A stretch of 39,033 bases of DNA from an uncultured archaeon (GCA_964549075.1 CAZJUB010000020.1:1-39033), one strand, 5' to 3'; numbered from the stretch's first letter, positions 27,084 to 36,991 are shown. Numbers and translations: made by a program. The notes: generated by a model from the letters alone, not told the origin.

Positions 27084-27908
27084 TCAGAAATTTTCAAAAA
27101 TCTCCAATTTTAGTGATTTCCTAACTGCTAATGTTGTTGAAATTGAACTGCTTATGTACAGAAGTATCGATATTCCCAGAACTATACCGTATTTGATAAC
27201 AGATATCCAAGTAATAGTTCCATAAACTCTAGACAATGGAGAAATACATATAACATTAGAAACAATTTCTATATTACTCCAGAATATGGTTACAAGTAAT
27301 AGTACGACTACTACACCACTCAAGGTCCTTACAATAAACGAAATTAATGCGATCAAGTAGAATCTTCGCGGTTTACTTATTTCTCCTTTAGTTTGGAAAA
27401 TTGCTTTTTTCAACCTCATTTGACCAACTAGAAAGCTTGAATTGATCAAAATGGTGAAAACTAAAGAGAGAACAAATAAGAAAAATATTACTTTCAAATT
27501 GGTAAAGAATGTCCACATTGATAGTATAATAGCTGAAATAATAAGAGAATATTTTGGGAGAGAAAGAAGAATCGAGGAAAATGCTAAAATAGTATCAGAT
27601 TTCGTCTTCTCATCTCTTGAAAGTCTGATTTTAGTATATGTTCGTTCGAAATAGGTATAACCCATAACTGTGATAATTCCTCTAAGTAAGATATATGGAT
27701 AAAAGATGAAAACAGAAATCATGTACATACTTGGCATATCTGCTGAAGCATGACCATACAAATACAGATAGAGTGAAGATTCAAGCAATACCCCAGTACC
27801 TGAAGCAATCATAATTATGTCTAAGATTAAGTTAACAATTTGCCCAATCTGTAATTTCTGAAAGTTGGTTAACTTCTTTTTAGTTTGTTTTCTGGTGTTT
27901 TCCTGCAA
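27084..27908 (-). CDS. ~6-TM hypothetical membrane protein
   Basis: TTG start preceded by AAGGTGA; multi-TM pattern. Confidence 0.8.
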   Translation of the reverse strand: MQENTRKQTKKKLTNFQKLQIGQIVNLILDIIMIASGTGVLLESSLYLYLYGHASADMPSMYMISVFIFYPYILLRGIITVMGYTYFERTYTKIRLSRDEKTKSDTILAFSSILLSLPKYSLIISAIILSMWTFFTNLKVIFFLFVLSLVFTILINSSFLVGQMRLKKAIFQTKGEISKPRRFYLIALISFIVRTLSGVVVVLLLVTIFWSNIEIVSNVICISPLSRVYGTITWISVIKYGIVLGISILLYISSSISTTLAVRKSLKLEIFENF

Positions 27909-28005
27909 TAATCTCTCACCTTTTAGTTTGGAATTCTTCCATTACATCATTTTTAAATTTACCTCCTTTTGCAGCAAAATGCAACAAAAAACACAAACAG
28001 AACAA

Positions 28006-28051
28006 GAAGGTGGTCTTCTTGTATTGAGCCACTAACAAGAAGTAGACCTTC
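28006..28051. repeat. Imperfect inverted repeat / hairpin in a divergent intergenic region
   Basis: GAAGGT-ggt-CTTCTTGT, 12-nt loop, ACAAGAAG-tag-ACCTTC. Confidence 0.55.
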
Positions 28052-28147
28052 ATGCAAAGTCTAACTAAATTATTCCAAACTTCAATTTTTCTCTCATAAA
28101 TCCTATTAACTCAATCTTGGAACATCTTGTTTTGAGACACAACTAGA

Positions 28148-28154
28148 TTTATAA
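28148..28154 (+). promoter_or_regulatory. TATA box of the aldo/keto reductase gene (probably a leaderless mRNA)
   Basis: TTTATAA starting 30 nt before the ATG at 28178, with no RBS in between. Confidence 0.55.
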
Positions 28155-28177
28155 GAATTTGAAGAGTATTTGACAGC

Positions 28178-29251
28178 ATGAAATACAGATTGCTTGGAAA
28201 TTCAGGTATACGAGTGAGTGAGATTAGCCTTGGTACCATGGCTTATGGAGGTGCCCAATACCAGTTCACAGATTTTCCTGTCAACAAAAACGATGCACAG
28301 AAAACTATCATGAAAGCTCTTGAAGTAGGTATTAATTACATTGATTGTGCAGACATCTATGGAGCATATGGAAATGCAGAGAAAATTATTGCTGAAACTA
28401 TCAAAGATTACAACAGAGAAGAGATTATTCTCAGCTCGAAATTAATGATGCCGATGAGTAGAAATGAACTGGATAGAGGTTTAAACAGAAAACATTTGAT
28501 GAAATCCATTGATCGTACATTATCAAATTTCAAAACTGATTATGTTGATCTTTACTATGCTCACAGGTATGACTATTTTACACAATCACTTGAGAAGGTG
28601 ATAAAATCGATGAATATCCTTATTGATCAAGGTAAGATTAGATACTGGGCTACATCAAACTGGTCACCTGCAGAACTCGAACGAGCTTATGCTATTTGTG
28701 AAAAGTATGGTTGGGAAGGACCTGTTGTAGATCAGACAAGATATAACCTTCTTTCACGATATAATGCAGAAATTGCACTTCAATATACTCTTGATGGACA
28801 TAAAATGGGATTAGTTCCTTACAAAATTCTGCTAGAAGGGATTTTTGCAGGAGTACATAGTAAAGAAGATTCTCTCTCAGGAGATAAAAAAGAGGAATTA
28901 CAAAAAATCATTAGAAACATTCCCATGACTGATGAATTATTTGCAAAGATCAAACAATTCGATGAACTTGCGAAATCTCTTGATCTCTCTCCAGCTCAAC
29001 TTGCATATGCGTTTATTTTACAAATAGATAATGTATCTACAGCTTTAATGAGTACAAGAAATCCTGATAGAATTGAGCAAAATATTGTTGCTTGCGATGT
29101 GATTCTAAGTAATGAAACAATACTGGAAATCAATAAGCTCTTTCCACTAGAGCATGATGGTTATATCTCTTATGTTCAAGTGAAAAATAGTGTAGCAGTG
29201 GACAAAAATAGAGTTGTAGGTAAAATTACAGAAGAAATGATGAAATTTTAA
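28178..29251 (+). CDS. Aldo/keto reductase
   Basis: MKYRLLGNSGIRVSEISLGTM; catalytic D/Y in IDCADIYG, K in SSKL, H in DLYYAHR; GKIRYWATSNW. Confidence 0.92.
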   Translation: MKYRLLGNSGIRVSEISLGTMAYGGAQYQFTDFPVNKNDAQKTIMKALEVGINYIDCADIYGAYGNAEKIIAETIKDYNREEIILSSKLMMPMSRNELDRGLNRKHLMKSIDRTLSNFKTDYVDLYYAHRYDYFTQSLEKVIKSMNILIDQGKIRYWATSNWSPAELERAYAICEKYGWEGPVVDQTRYNLLSRYNAEIALQYTLDGHKMGLVPYKILLEGIFAGVHSKEDSLSGDKKEELQKIIRNIPMTDELFAKIKQFDELAKSLDLSPAQLAYAFILQIDNVSTALMSTRNPDRIEQNIVACDVILSNETILEINKLFPLEHDGYISYVQVKNSVAVDKNRVVGKITEEMMKF

Positions 29252-29261
29252 AACCTATATT

Positions 29262-30518
29262 CTATTTTTTTATCTTTTTTAGAAGTACCGGAATAACAAA
29301 AGGTAGACTAGCAGCAAGCACTAAACCAATGATACCAAAAGACAATTCCAAAGCTTGTGTTGAATCATAATTTTCTTCGTAAAGGAAAAAAGCGAATGAT
29401 TCTCTATAATAAGTAGGTTTCTTATTTCTAAAAACAAGTATTATTTCTTGATTATCTTCATTTTCGAAAATTCTAGAATAGCTGAAATAATATTTTGCTG
29501 CAAATACTTTAGCAATATTTTCAGTTTTTGATAAATAATAGGAACTATTTTGTTCAGGTTGATATAAATCGCTTCTTTTGATACACATGGTCAAAGAATT
29601 ATCACAACATGTAGAAGTATAAATTAGGAAGAGATTGTTATTGAATTCTCCTAAACGTATATGAGGAGAACAAATTGAACCTTCAATCTCATTTACAGCC
29701 CAACTATCATTTTGGAACCTTAACACTAATTTATCATTATTTGAAGATTCTTCGTAGTAACGTAAAAGAAATACGCAACTATCATCAAACGAATATACAT
29801 TAATAAAATCAAGATAATAAAAATTCAAGAAAATGCTCGATTCTTCAACTAGTTCATACTCATCTGAAATATAATCAATAGACCAAATTTTCAAAGTTGC
29901 TTCATAATTATTTTTTGTTTGATTTTCTTTTATAAAGCAAGTATAAAATCTAATATCATTCTGATATTCAAAGACACCAAAATTGAAGTTGATATTGTGA
30001 AAATAAGGAAGAGTAATGTTAAACATTTCAATATTTAGATTTACAACTGACACACTGTAATTCCAATTATATCCATCTTCAGACTTCATGAAAGCTAAAG
30101 TATAATTGTTTTGAATATCTAAGCTTAATGAAGAGAGAATTATCGATCCATTGTTCAAAACATCAAAATCAATAAGATCTTCACCTGTTAAATCTGACCA
30201 ATGATTAGAGGTAAGTAATAGATAATCATTCCAAACCAAAGGATTACTTGACTGACTAAAAACCATCTTATTTTCAAAACTTACTGATTCTAAAAAGAGA
30301 AGACTAAAGTATTGATCTGTATTTTTTCTAATAATTTTTTGAGGAGTAGTTACGAATAGATCATACTCAGAATCAATATAATCTGTATATTCAATTTGTC
30401 CTCTATTACTCCAATTAATGTTGTTGAATATCATTAAATTGAAGATTAAAGGTATAATCAAAGAAATAATTATGATTGGAAGTACATAATTCCATATTAC
30501 CTTGAAAGTTTTAGCCAT
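29262..30518 (-). CDS. Membrane-anchored extracellular beta-rich protein (possible beta-propeller), N- and C-terminal TMs
   Basis: Terminal hydrophobic helices, one Asp-box-like KSEDGYNW, many NxS/T sequons. Confidence 0.75.
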   Translation of the reverse strand: MAKTFKVIWNYVLPIIIISLIIPLIFNLMIFNNINWSNRGQIEYTDYIDSEYDLFVTTPQKIIRKNTDQYFSLLFLESVSFENKMVFSQSSNPLVWNDYLLLTSNHWSDLTGEDLIDFDVLNNGSIILSSLSLDIQNNYTLAFMKSEDGYNWNYSVSVVNLNIEMFNITLPYFHNINFNFGVFEYQNDIRFYTCFIKENQTKNNYEATLKIWSIDYISDEYELVEESSIFLNFYYLDFINVYSFDDSCVFLLRYYEESSNNDKLVLRFQNDSWAVNEIEGSICSPHIRLGEFNNNLFLIYTSTCCDNSLTMCIKRSDLYQPEQNSSYYLSKTENIAKVFAAKYYFSYSRIFENEDNQEIILVFRNKKPTYYRESFAFFLYEENYDSTQALELSFGIIGLVLAASLPFVIPVLLKKIKK

Positions 30519-30630
30519 CTAAGAAACAGTAATTAAAAAGAGTATATAATTATTCTTTCTTTTGGTGGTAAGAAGACTAATTCTTTTGTAAAAATTAATA
30601 ACTGTTTTAACATTATAATTTTAAGATAGA

Positions 30631-30846
30631 ATGTATACGCAGAAATATTATCGAGCAAATTTGAAATCTTTCTTAAAGAGAAGATGGAGAGGGATTGGAT
30701 CTCTCATAATTAATATCACTGCTGGAATTCTTATCTTAACAAAAGTTTTGATTTTTTATTATGGATTAATTATAATTGGAACATCCATTTTAGCATATAT
30801 TATACTTACCTTAAGAAAAAAACAGCAGTTTACTAGTAATTCATAA
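30631..30846 (+). CDS. Small 2-TM hypothetical protein
   Basis: ATG start in otherwise free intergenic space; basic N-terminus and two hydrophobic helices. Confidence 0.5.
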   Translation: MYTQKYYRANLKSFLKRRWRGIGSLIINITAGILILTKVLIFYYGLIIIGTSILAYIILTLRKKQQFTSNS

Positions 30847-30926
30847 CACTGCTAGATGCAAACTAATGAACACTAGTACGACAGTTGTGAGTTGAGAAAA
30901 TAGCTGAAAGACTTTTGAGAACTAGA

Positions 30927-31652
30927 TTACTCATAAGGTTTATCTCTCAATTTATCAGTTGTTCCTAATTGTTCTGCCCATTCAATCCAGCCTTTATTTC
31001 CTCCGTTAGCATATGCTTCTAGAGGTATAGGTACAAATTCCAACTTTTCCAATTCTTCAGATGGGATTTTTTTACCTTCCATTAGTGAAGTGACAGCTTT
31101 ATGAAAAACCGCGTCTAAGACCTTTGTAGGTTTTCCATAGAAAAATTGTCTGTAATCATCTTCAGGTAGAGCTGCAACCATTTCCAGTATTTGTGGTATT
31201 GAGTAGGATGCATAAGTTCCTGCTGCTCCAATTGGAAAACCTCCACACCAGATGAAATTATTTTCTTTAGCAAACTGTTCATAAATTTTCAAAGCAAGAC
31301 TATTATGATAGAATTCAAGATACCCTGCACAAGAAATAGCAATAATTAGCTTTCTTTTCTTTCTGATTTTTTCTTCTTTTATAGCAGCTGTTATCACATT
31401 CATTAATTTTAATGTCATATAAGGAGCTTGATCTACATATAGAGGAGTTGAGAGTAAAATATAATCGCTTTCATCAATCGCTTTAATCATTTCCTCAACA
31501 AGTTCGTTTTTTCTTAATACTTTATAACTTTGAAAGCTTTTAACAGAAATTCCCTGCTCATCTAGCAAGCTCGAAAAATAATTGCCTAGAGAGTATGAAG
31601 CACTTTTTTCACCTCTTGGGCTGCACATTAGAAAAACTGCTTGTTTACTCAT
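30927..31652 (-). CDS. Flavodoxin-like / NADPH-dependent FMN reductase family protein
   Basis: CSPRGEKSAS, STPLYVDQAP, ISCAGY.E; ATG at 31652 overlaps the upstream stop (ATGAGTAA) and follows a GGTGA RBS. Confidence 0.85.
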   Translation of the reverse strand: MSKQAVFLMCSPRGEKSASYSLGNYFSSLLDEQGISVKSFQSYKVLRKNELVEEMIKAIDESDYILLSTPLYVDQAPYMTLKLMNVITAAIKEEKIRKKRKLIIAISCAGYLEFYHNSLALKIYEQFAKENNFIWCGGFPIGAAGTYASYSIPQILEMVAALPEDDYRQFFYGKPTKVLDAVFHKAVTSLMEGKKIPSEELEKLEFVPIPLEAYANGGNKGWIEWAEQLGTTDKLRDKPYE

Positions 31653-32223
31653 TCTTCTCACCGACTATATTCAAACACTCTTCGAGTTTATTCTGTACTA
31701 TTCTATCATCATCACTTTCATAGATGATTTGGGAAGAAACTTGTTCTGCAAAATTGTTAAGACTGTTCCTATGAACAAGTTCTGCAAAAATCTCTTCTTG
31801 GTTTTCATCTTGTTCAGAAAGCGTTCCAATAACTATAAAATCGGGATATTTATCATATCTTTTTTCATGATGTATTTCGTTATGATAAATTCTAAAAAAT
31901 GGAGATAACAATGAGATAGAACGATCAATTGCTTTTTTCAGCTCAGCAGAGTAACCTCCATAAGTTATAGGCGTAACATATAGGAGATAATCTGATTGAA
32001 TCATTTTTTTAGCAACTGTTCTCCCATAATCATCGATTACACATTTTCCTGGTGTCTCTATCCAGCATTTAAAACATCCTAAGCATGGTTTGATATCAAA
32101 TTCATAGAGATTGAGAATCTCTCCTTCTATATCTTTATCAGTAAATTTTTTTTTCAAAAATTCATTTATCTTTGCTATAAAGGTATCTTCTGCATTCATG
32201 CCATTTAGGATAAGATAATTCAT
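31645..32223 (-). CDS. Iron-sulfur flavoprotein / flavodoxin family protein
   Basis: IKPCLGCFKCWIETPGKC..DD, TPITYGGYS..LK..IDR, HHEKRY. Confidence 0.9.
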   Translation of the reverse strand: MNYLILNGMNAEDTFIAKINEFLKKKFTDKDIEGEILNLYEFDIKPCLGCFKCWIETPGKCVIDDYGRTVAKKMIQSDYLLYVTPITYGGYSAELKKAIDRSISLLSPFFRIYHNEIHHEKRYDKYPDFIVIGTLSEQDENQEEIFAELVHRNSLNNFAEQVSSQIIYESDDDRIVQNKLEECLNIVGEKNE

Positions 32224-32263
32224 GTGCCTAGATTGTTGGTATTCTATTTATACCTATTCAAAT

Positions 32264-32650
32264 TCATGCTAATTTACTAGAGTTTTTGCTTTTTCTATAA
32301 ATTAAAGATAGAATCAATAAAAGTAAAGCAACAAAAGTACCTGAAGCAGTTATAGCCAATAATCCAATCACAAAAGGAGTTACAAAGATACAATTCATTG
32401 ATTGACAAATGACTTGATCTGTTGCTAGATTTACTAGAATTATAGACCCAGTTAAAGAAGCAGAAGCGATAAAAAGGATAAATAAGAAAATAACTATTGT
32501 TTTATTTGGACCAAACCTATTTTGAAACATTAGAATTGGAGATTTGAATATTTGACTCATTGTTTGCTTTGAATTTTGTGTATCTAAATCACTCAATGTT
32601 TTCACCATATTTGTGAATTGTCTAGGATTCGAAAGAGGCTTTAAAAACAT
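32264..32650 (-). CDS. Small 2-TM hypothetical protein (true start may be an internal ATG)
   Basis: Two TMs joined by a short loop containing CQSMNC. Confidence 0.6.
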   Translation of the reverse strand: MFLKPLSNPRQFTNMVKTLSDLDTQNSKQTMSQIFKSPILMFQNRFGPNKTIVIFLFILFIASASLTGSIILVNLATDQVICQSMNCIFVTPFVIGLLAITASGTFVALLLLILSLIYRKSKNSSKLA

Positions 32651-32720
32651 TTTTCAATTATTATTACGTTCAATTTATTTTTGAAAAGAAGGTTTTTAAG
32701 ATACTTATCAATTACACTTT

Positions 32721-33857
32721 GTGATGACCAATTCTGTAGAAAACAACTCTGAAATCGAAAAGATTGATGGTGTCTATAGAATCCTATGTGAAAAAGCAAA
32801 TGATAGCATTACACTTTTTAGCCTTAATGAATTCAATGAAATAGGTAATTTTGTCTACTCTAATCCTGCTACTACTAAATGGACAGGTTTTACTAAAGAA
32901 GAAATTTTACGAAGTTCTCCAAGGGATCTTTTATCTACTAATCAATTTGAACAGATACAAAAGAATGTTGAGATTATAGTAAAGGAAGGATTTCTTACCT
33001 TTGAGTCAGATATTCATTTAAAGAACGGTAATACCCTTCCTGTTGAATTCAGTTCAAGTCTTGTTGAAATAGAAGGCAACAAATACATTCTAACTAGTTC
33101 TAGAGAAATTTCTGAGAGAGTAGAAACACGTCAAGAAAGAGAAGAAAACATGAAAGAAAAAACTCTACTTCTTGACATACTAACTCATGATTTAAGAAAT
33201 TATATTGCTGTACTTTGGGGATGTGTTACAGATGCAGTTGACAGAGATGATCCTACAGTTCAAGATATAAGAGATTCAATCAGTAAAGCAAAAACATCTT
33301 TAGCTAAAACTGATGCTTTACTTGATGATATTTCAGTCTTGATGAAAAAAGATCTAGAATTCACTTATGAGCTTAAGTCAGTTAATGTATTAAATAATGT
33401 AGAGAAATGTCTACCCAATCTAGAAGATATGTTCCCTATGAAAAAAATTAAGCTAAATTTAGATGAGATAGATCCAAAACACAATGTTTTTGCTGATATG
33501 CTGTTCGATCAATTATTATTTAATATCTTAACAAACTCTGTAAAAAACACAGTAGTACAAGAAGTTAAAATCGACATCAGTACTGAACAAAAATCTGGAG
33601 ATAAAATATTAATAACAATTTCAGATTATGGTAAAGGTATTTCTCCTGATATCCGAAGAAATATTTTCGACAGATATGGAGAATTCAGGAAAAAAGGGAA
33701 GGGTTCTGGCTTAGGTTTGTTTATTATACAAACACTAGTGCAAAGATACAATGGTGATGTATGGCTAGAAAATCGGATTAAAGGGGATTTTACTCAAGGA
33801 ACTTCAGTAAAAATTGAGCTAAAAAAAGCAGATACACCAGTTTTTGAATTTGCTTAA
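32721..33857 (+). CDS. Cytoplasmic PAS-domain sensor histidine kinase
   Basis: PAS (NPA....TGFTKEE, KNG...PVE, REISER); H box THDLRN; N box NILTNSVK; G1 DYGKGI; G2 GSGLGL. Confidence 0.93.
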   Translation: MMTNSVENNSEIEKIDGVYRILCEKANDSITLFSLNEFNEIGNFVYSNPATTKWTGFTKEEILRSSPRDLLSTNQFEQIQKNVEIIVKEGFLTFESDIHLKNGNTLPVEFSSSLVEIEGNKYILTSSREISERVETRQEREENMKEKTLLLDILTHDLRNYIAVLWGCVTDAVDRDDPTVQDIRDSISKAKTSLAKTDALLDDISVLMKKDLEFTYELKSVNVLNNVEKCLPNLEDMFPMKKIKLNLDEIDPKHNVFADMLFDQLLFNILTNSVKNTVVQEVKIDISTEQKSGDKILITISDYGKGISPDIRRNIFDRYGEFRKKGKGSGLGLFIIQTLVQRYNGDVWLENRIKGDFTQGTSVKIELKKADTPVFEFA

Positions 33858-33971
33858 TTTTTTAAATTTACAGTATCATTATAATTTACTTTGGTTTATT
33901 TTGTGCTCGTTTCAAAAATATTTTAAATTCATGAATTAAGATTATTCATCAAATCCTCTAGGGGGATTATT

Positions 33972-35363
33972 ATGGAACATGTTTCAGTTAGAGAGATTAT
34001 CACAAACATGAATATCAATGTCAAATTGGCATTTATCTTTTCATTTCTAACATCTCTAGGACGAGGTATCTGGATGGGAAATGTTCTCTCTGCTTACATT
34101 TACTATTTTTCCAATGAATCCAACATTACCTTAGGTCAAACGTCTTTAGCCATGGGGTTAACTATGACTGTCTTTGTTTTTCCTGCAGGTTATTTTGCAG
34201 ACAAATTCAGAAGAGACATTATTCTGAAAATTGCTTCAGTCTTTGGATGCGCATCTTTAGTCGTTATCATATTTGGTAATAATATGTTCTCAATTTTTGT
34301 TGCTCTCTCTTTATGGGGATTTTATCAAGCTCTTACACGTCCTGCTCTAGAATCAATCTTAGCTGATTCTTTGGAATCAGGAAGAAGATCAAGAACATAT
34401 TCATGGCTTCATCTAGTACGTCAGGCAGCTATGTCTATAGGTCCTTTCATTAGCGTACTCTTATTTTATTTCTTTGGAGATGAGTGGGAGCTACCTATTC
34501 TCAAAAATGTTATTCTTGTAGGAATTCTGATAACTTTTATTTCTATCATATCCATGGAGTTCTTTAATGATAAGAAAAGTTTGGGTTCAGTAAGTGAATC
34601 AATTAAACAAGAACCAGAAATAGAAGAAGTTTATGATGATGAGAATAATAACAACCATAATAATTTAAGATCACGATTATCTAAGAAAACAAAATTAATT
34701 CCCTATATACTTGTAAGTTCAAATGTTATGATTGGTATTGGAGCAGGGATGACAATCAAGTTCTTTCCGATATTTTTCATTAAAGTCTATAATCTCAGAC
34801 CAATGTGGGTACAAGTTATTATGGGATTTACAGCTGTATTTACTGGCTTGTCTGCGTTACTTGCTCAGAAATTATCTATGAGAAGAGGTAGGCCATTGAT
34901 GATATTTATGTTTCAGCTATCAGCGACCCTTTGTTTATTTGGTCTTATTTTTTATCCTTCTATCTGGTTATTAGTACCTCTATTCATCGCTAGAGGTTCT
35001 TTGATGAACGCTGGTCAACCACTTAGCAGATCTATATTGATGGATGTTGTCCCTAAAAAGCACAGAGGAAAATGGAACTCTCTGGAAACTTTAGCTTGGG
35101 GCTTCTTCTGGAACTTCTCAGCTCTCATAGGTGGTTATCTAGTTGGTGATACACCACCCAGATTTTTTTGGACACTTGATGTACTAATTAATCAAAATCC
35201 ACTAGAAGCTTATGTACCAAGGTTCTGGTTGGTTTTCTTGGTAACTGCATGTGTTTACACAATTGGGATATTACCAATACTACTATTGATACCACTAGTG
35301 AAAGGAGAGATCTTTGTTAGACAAGATGAGGACAAAGAATTAGGTGATACCGAACACATATAA
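33972..35363 (+). CDS. MFS transporter
   Basis: About 12 TMs; motif A GYFADKFRRD and KLSMRRGR; SILADS...RRS and MDVVPKKHRG. Confidence 0.92.
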   Translation: MEHVSVREIITNMNINVKLAFIFSFLTSLGRGIWMGNVLSAYIYYFSNESNITLGQTSLAMGLTMTVFVFPAGYFADKFRRDIILKIASVFGCASLVVIIFGNNMFSIFVALSLWGFYQALTRPALESILADSLESGRRSRTYSWLHLVRQAAMSIGPFISVLLFYFFGDEWELPILKNVILVGILITFISIISMEFFNDKKSLGSVSESIKQEPEIEEVYDDENNNNHNNLRSRLSKKTKLIPYILVSSNVMIGIGAGMTIKFFPIFFIKVYNLRPMWVQVIMGFTAVFTGLSALLAQKLSMRRGRPLMIFMFQLSATLCLFGLIFYPSIWLLVPLFIARGSLMNAGQPLSRSILMDVVPKKHRGKWNSLETLAWGFFWNFSALIGGYLVGDTPPRFFWTLDVLINQNPLEAYVPRFWLVFLVTACVYTIGILPILLLIPLVKGEIFVRQDEDKELGDTEHI

Positions 35364-35389
35364 TCTAGTTAATTCTACTGTATTAATCG

Positions 35390-36991
35390 ATGAGATTCGC
35401 ACTAGTCACAGATTCACATATTGGAGGGAAATTTCGTGAAGATATGTATTATAAAGGTATCAAGATTGCTTGCAATGTTGATGCAGACTATCTCTTACAC
35501 CTTGGTGACCTAACAGGTGATGGTACTTTAGCTGATTATCAGGTCTCTAAACAATATTTAGAAAAGATTAACTTCGATGGACCGTTTCTTATAATTCCTG
35601 GAAACCACGATGCAAGAAATGTGGGTTATTTGTTATGGGAGGAAATGATAGGAAAAAGATTTTTTGTTCACTCAGATGAAAAGAAGAAAGTGAAAATTTT
35701 AGCTTTAGATTCTTCTTTACCAGATCTAGATGCTGGAAGAATAGGTCCAAAAGGAATAAAGAGAATTTATGAAGAATTTGAAGATTTACCTGAATATTGG
35801 TTGAAAGTGATAATGTTCCACCATCATACTTTACCTGTTCCTTATACAGGACGAGAGAGAAGTGCGATCTACGATGCTGGAGATACAGTTAGAGCTCTGT
35901 TAGACAATAATATTCATTTGGTTTTCAATGGTCATCGACACTTCAGTAACACATACAGAATGTCAGATGGTGCGATGAGATGTTGGGTAATAAATGGTGG
36001 AACAATATCATGCAAAAAAACTCGTTATCGTGAAGAATATTCAGTGACTATAGTAGATGTAGAACCTGTTAAAAATGACATCAGTATCAGAGTCCTGGAA
36101 CTTAATCATGATCCTATTAGGGAAAAAATCACATACTCTGGTCATTTTCAGGAATTAAGTCCCCCTACTAAGAAGGAAAAAATCGGTACTATCGCACATA
36201 TAGGTAACACTAATTTTTCTAAAGATCATTTCAATGAAGATGCTTACCAAGCAGGTATTAATATAATCAATAAAATGGACTGTGATGTTGTCGTCCATTC
36301 TGGGAGTGTTACTTCAAGTTCTTATTACGATGATTTTGAGATGGCTAAAGCGTTTCTAAATTTAATAGAAAAACCGTTATTAATCGTTCCTGGAGTATGT
36401 GATGCAACTTCTCTGGGGTATGAACTCTTTCCAGAAATGATAGGTGAAACAAATCCTTTCTTTGAGAATGAAAAAATAAAAGTTCAAGGATTTAACAGTT
36501 GTATGATAGATGACGTGTTAGGAAGATTGGGAAGAAGTAATAATCAAATTATTAAAGAGAAATTAGGAAATCTCCAAAAAATTGGAGTAGGTGCTTTTCA
36601 TCACACTGTCATACCTTTACCTCGAATAAAACATGATTCTGAGCTAATGGATGCAGGAGATATTCTCTATAATGCCATAGAAAACAGAATCAATTTAGTT
36701 CTTACTGGAGCTAAAAATCTAGCAGGATGTTGGCAAGTGAATGATACAATTTTTGCAAATACTGGAACGATTAGTAGTCAAAATGTCAGAAGTAAGAGAA
36801 AAAACAGTTTTAACGTTATTGATATTTATCAAACTAATATAGGTAAATATTATGAAATTTATGAATATTTGATTGAAAATGGAGAAAAGAAGAACATAGG
36901 TCTCTTTCACATTTCAGACATTGCCAGACCTTTAAGAGTTCCAGAAAAGATAGATTATAATGCGATAATAGAAAAAATTGAAATCACATAA
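35390..36991 (+). CDS. Tandem calcineurin-like metallophosphoesterase (intact N-domain, degenerate C-domain)
   Basis: N-domain: DSH, GDLT..G, PGNHD, HHH, GHRH. C-domain equivalents: GNTN, GSVT, PGVCD, FHH, GAKN. Confidence 0.9.
   Translation: MRFALVTDSHIGGKFREDMYYKGIKIACNVDADYLLHLGDLTGDGTLADYQVSKQYLEKINFDGPFLIIPGNHDARNVGYLLWEEMIGKRFFVHSDEKKKVKILALDSSLPDLDAGRIGPKGIKRIYEEFEDLPEYWLKVIMFHHHTLPVPYTGRERSAIYDAGDTVRALLDNNIHLVFNGHRHFSNTYRMSDGAMRCWVINGGTISCKKTRYREEYSVTIVDVEPVKNDISIRVLELNHDPIREKITYSGHFQELSPPTKKEKIGTIAHIGNTNFSKDHFNEDAYQAGINIINKMDCDVVVHSGSVTSSSYYDDFEMAKAFLNLIEKPLLIVPGVCDATSLGYELFPEMIGETNPFFENEKIKVQGFNSCMIDDVLGRLGRSNNQIIKEKLGNLQKIGVGAFHHTVIPLPRIKHDSELMDAGDILYNAIENRINLVLTGAKNLAGCWQVNDTIFANTGTISSQNVRSKRKNSFNVIDIYQTNIGKYYEIYEYLIENGEKKNIGLFHISDIARPLRVPEKIDYNAIIEKIEIT

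Noticed and set aside
28178-29251. Aldo/keto reductase as another pseudo-enzyme (YKIL for the usual YSPL)
   Set aside because: The catalytic D, Y, K and H are all present; the changes are limited to cofactor-loop positions.
30927-32223. Coupled flavodoxin / Fe-S flavoprotein pair as a novel system
   Set aside because: A familiar gene pair in anaerobes with ordinary motifs.
34630-34665. AAT/AAC run encoding DDENNNNHNN in the MFS gene
   Set aside because: Ordinary low-complexity central loop, in frame and not a perfect microsatellite.
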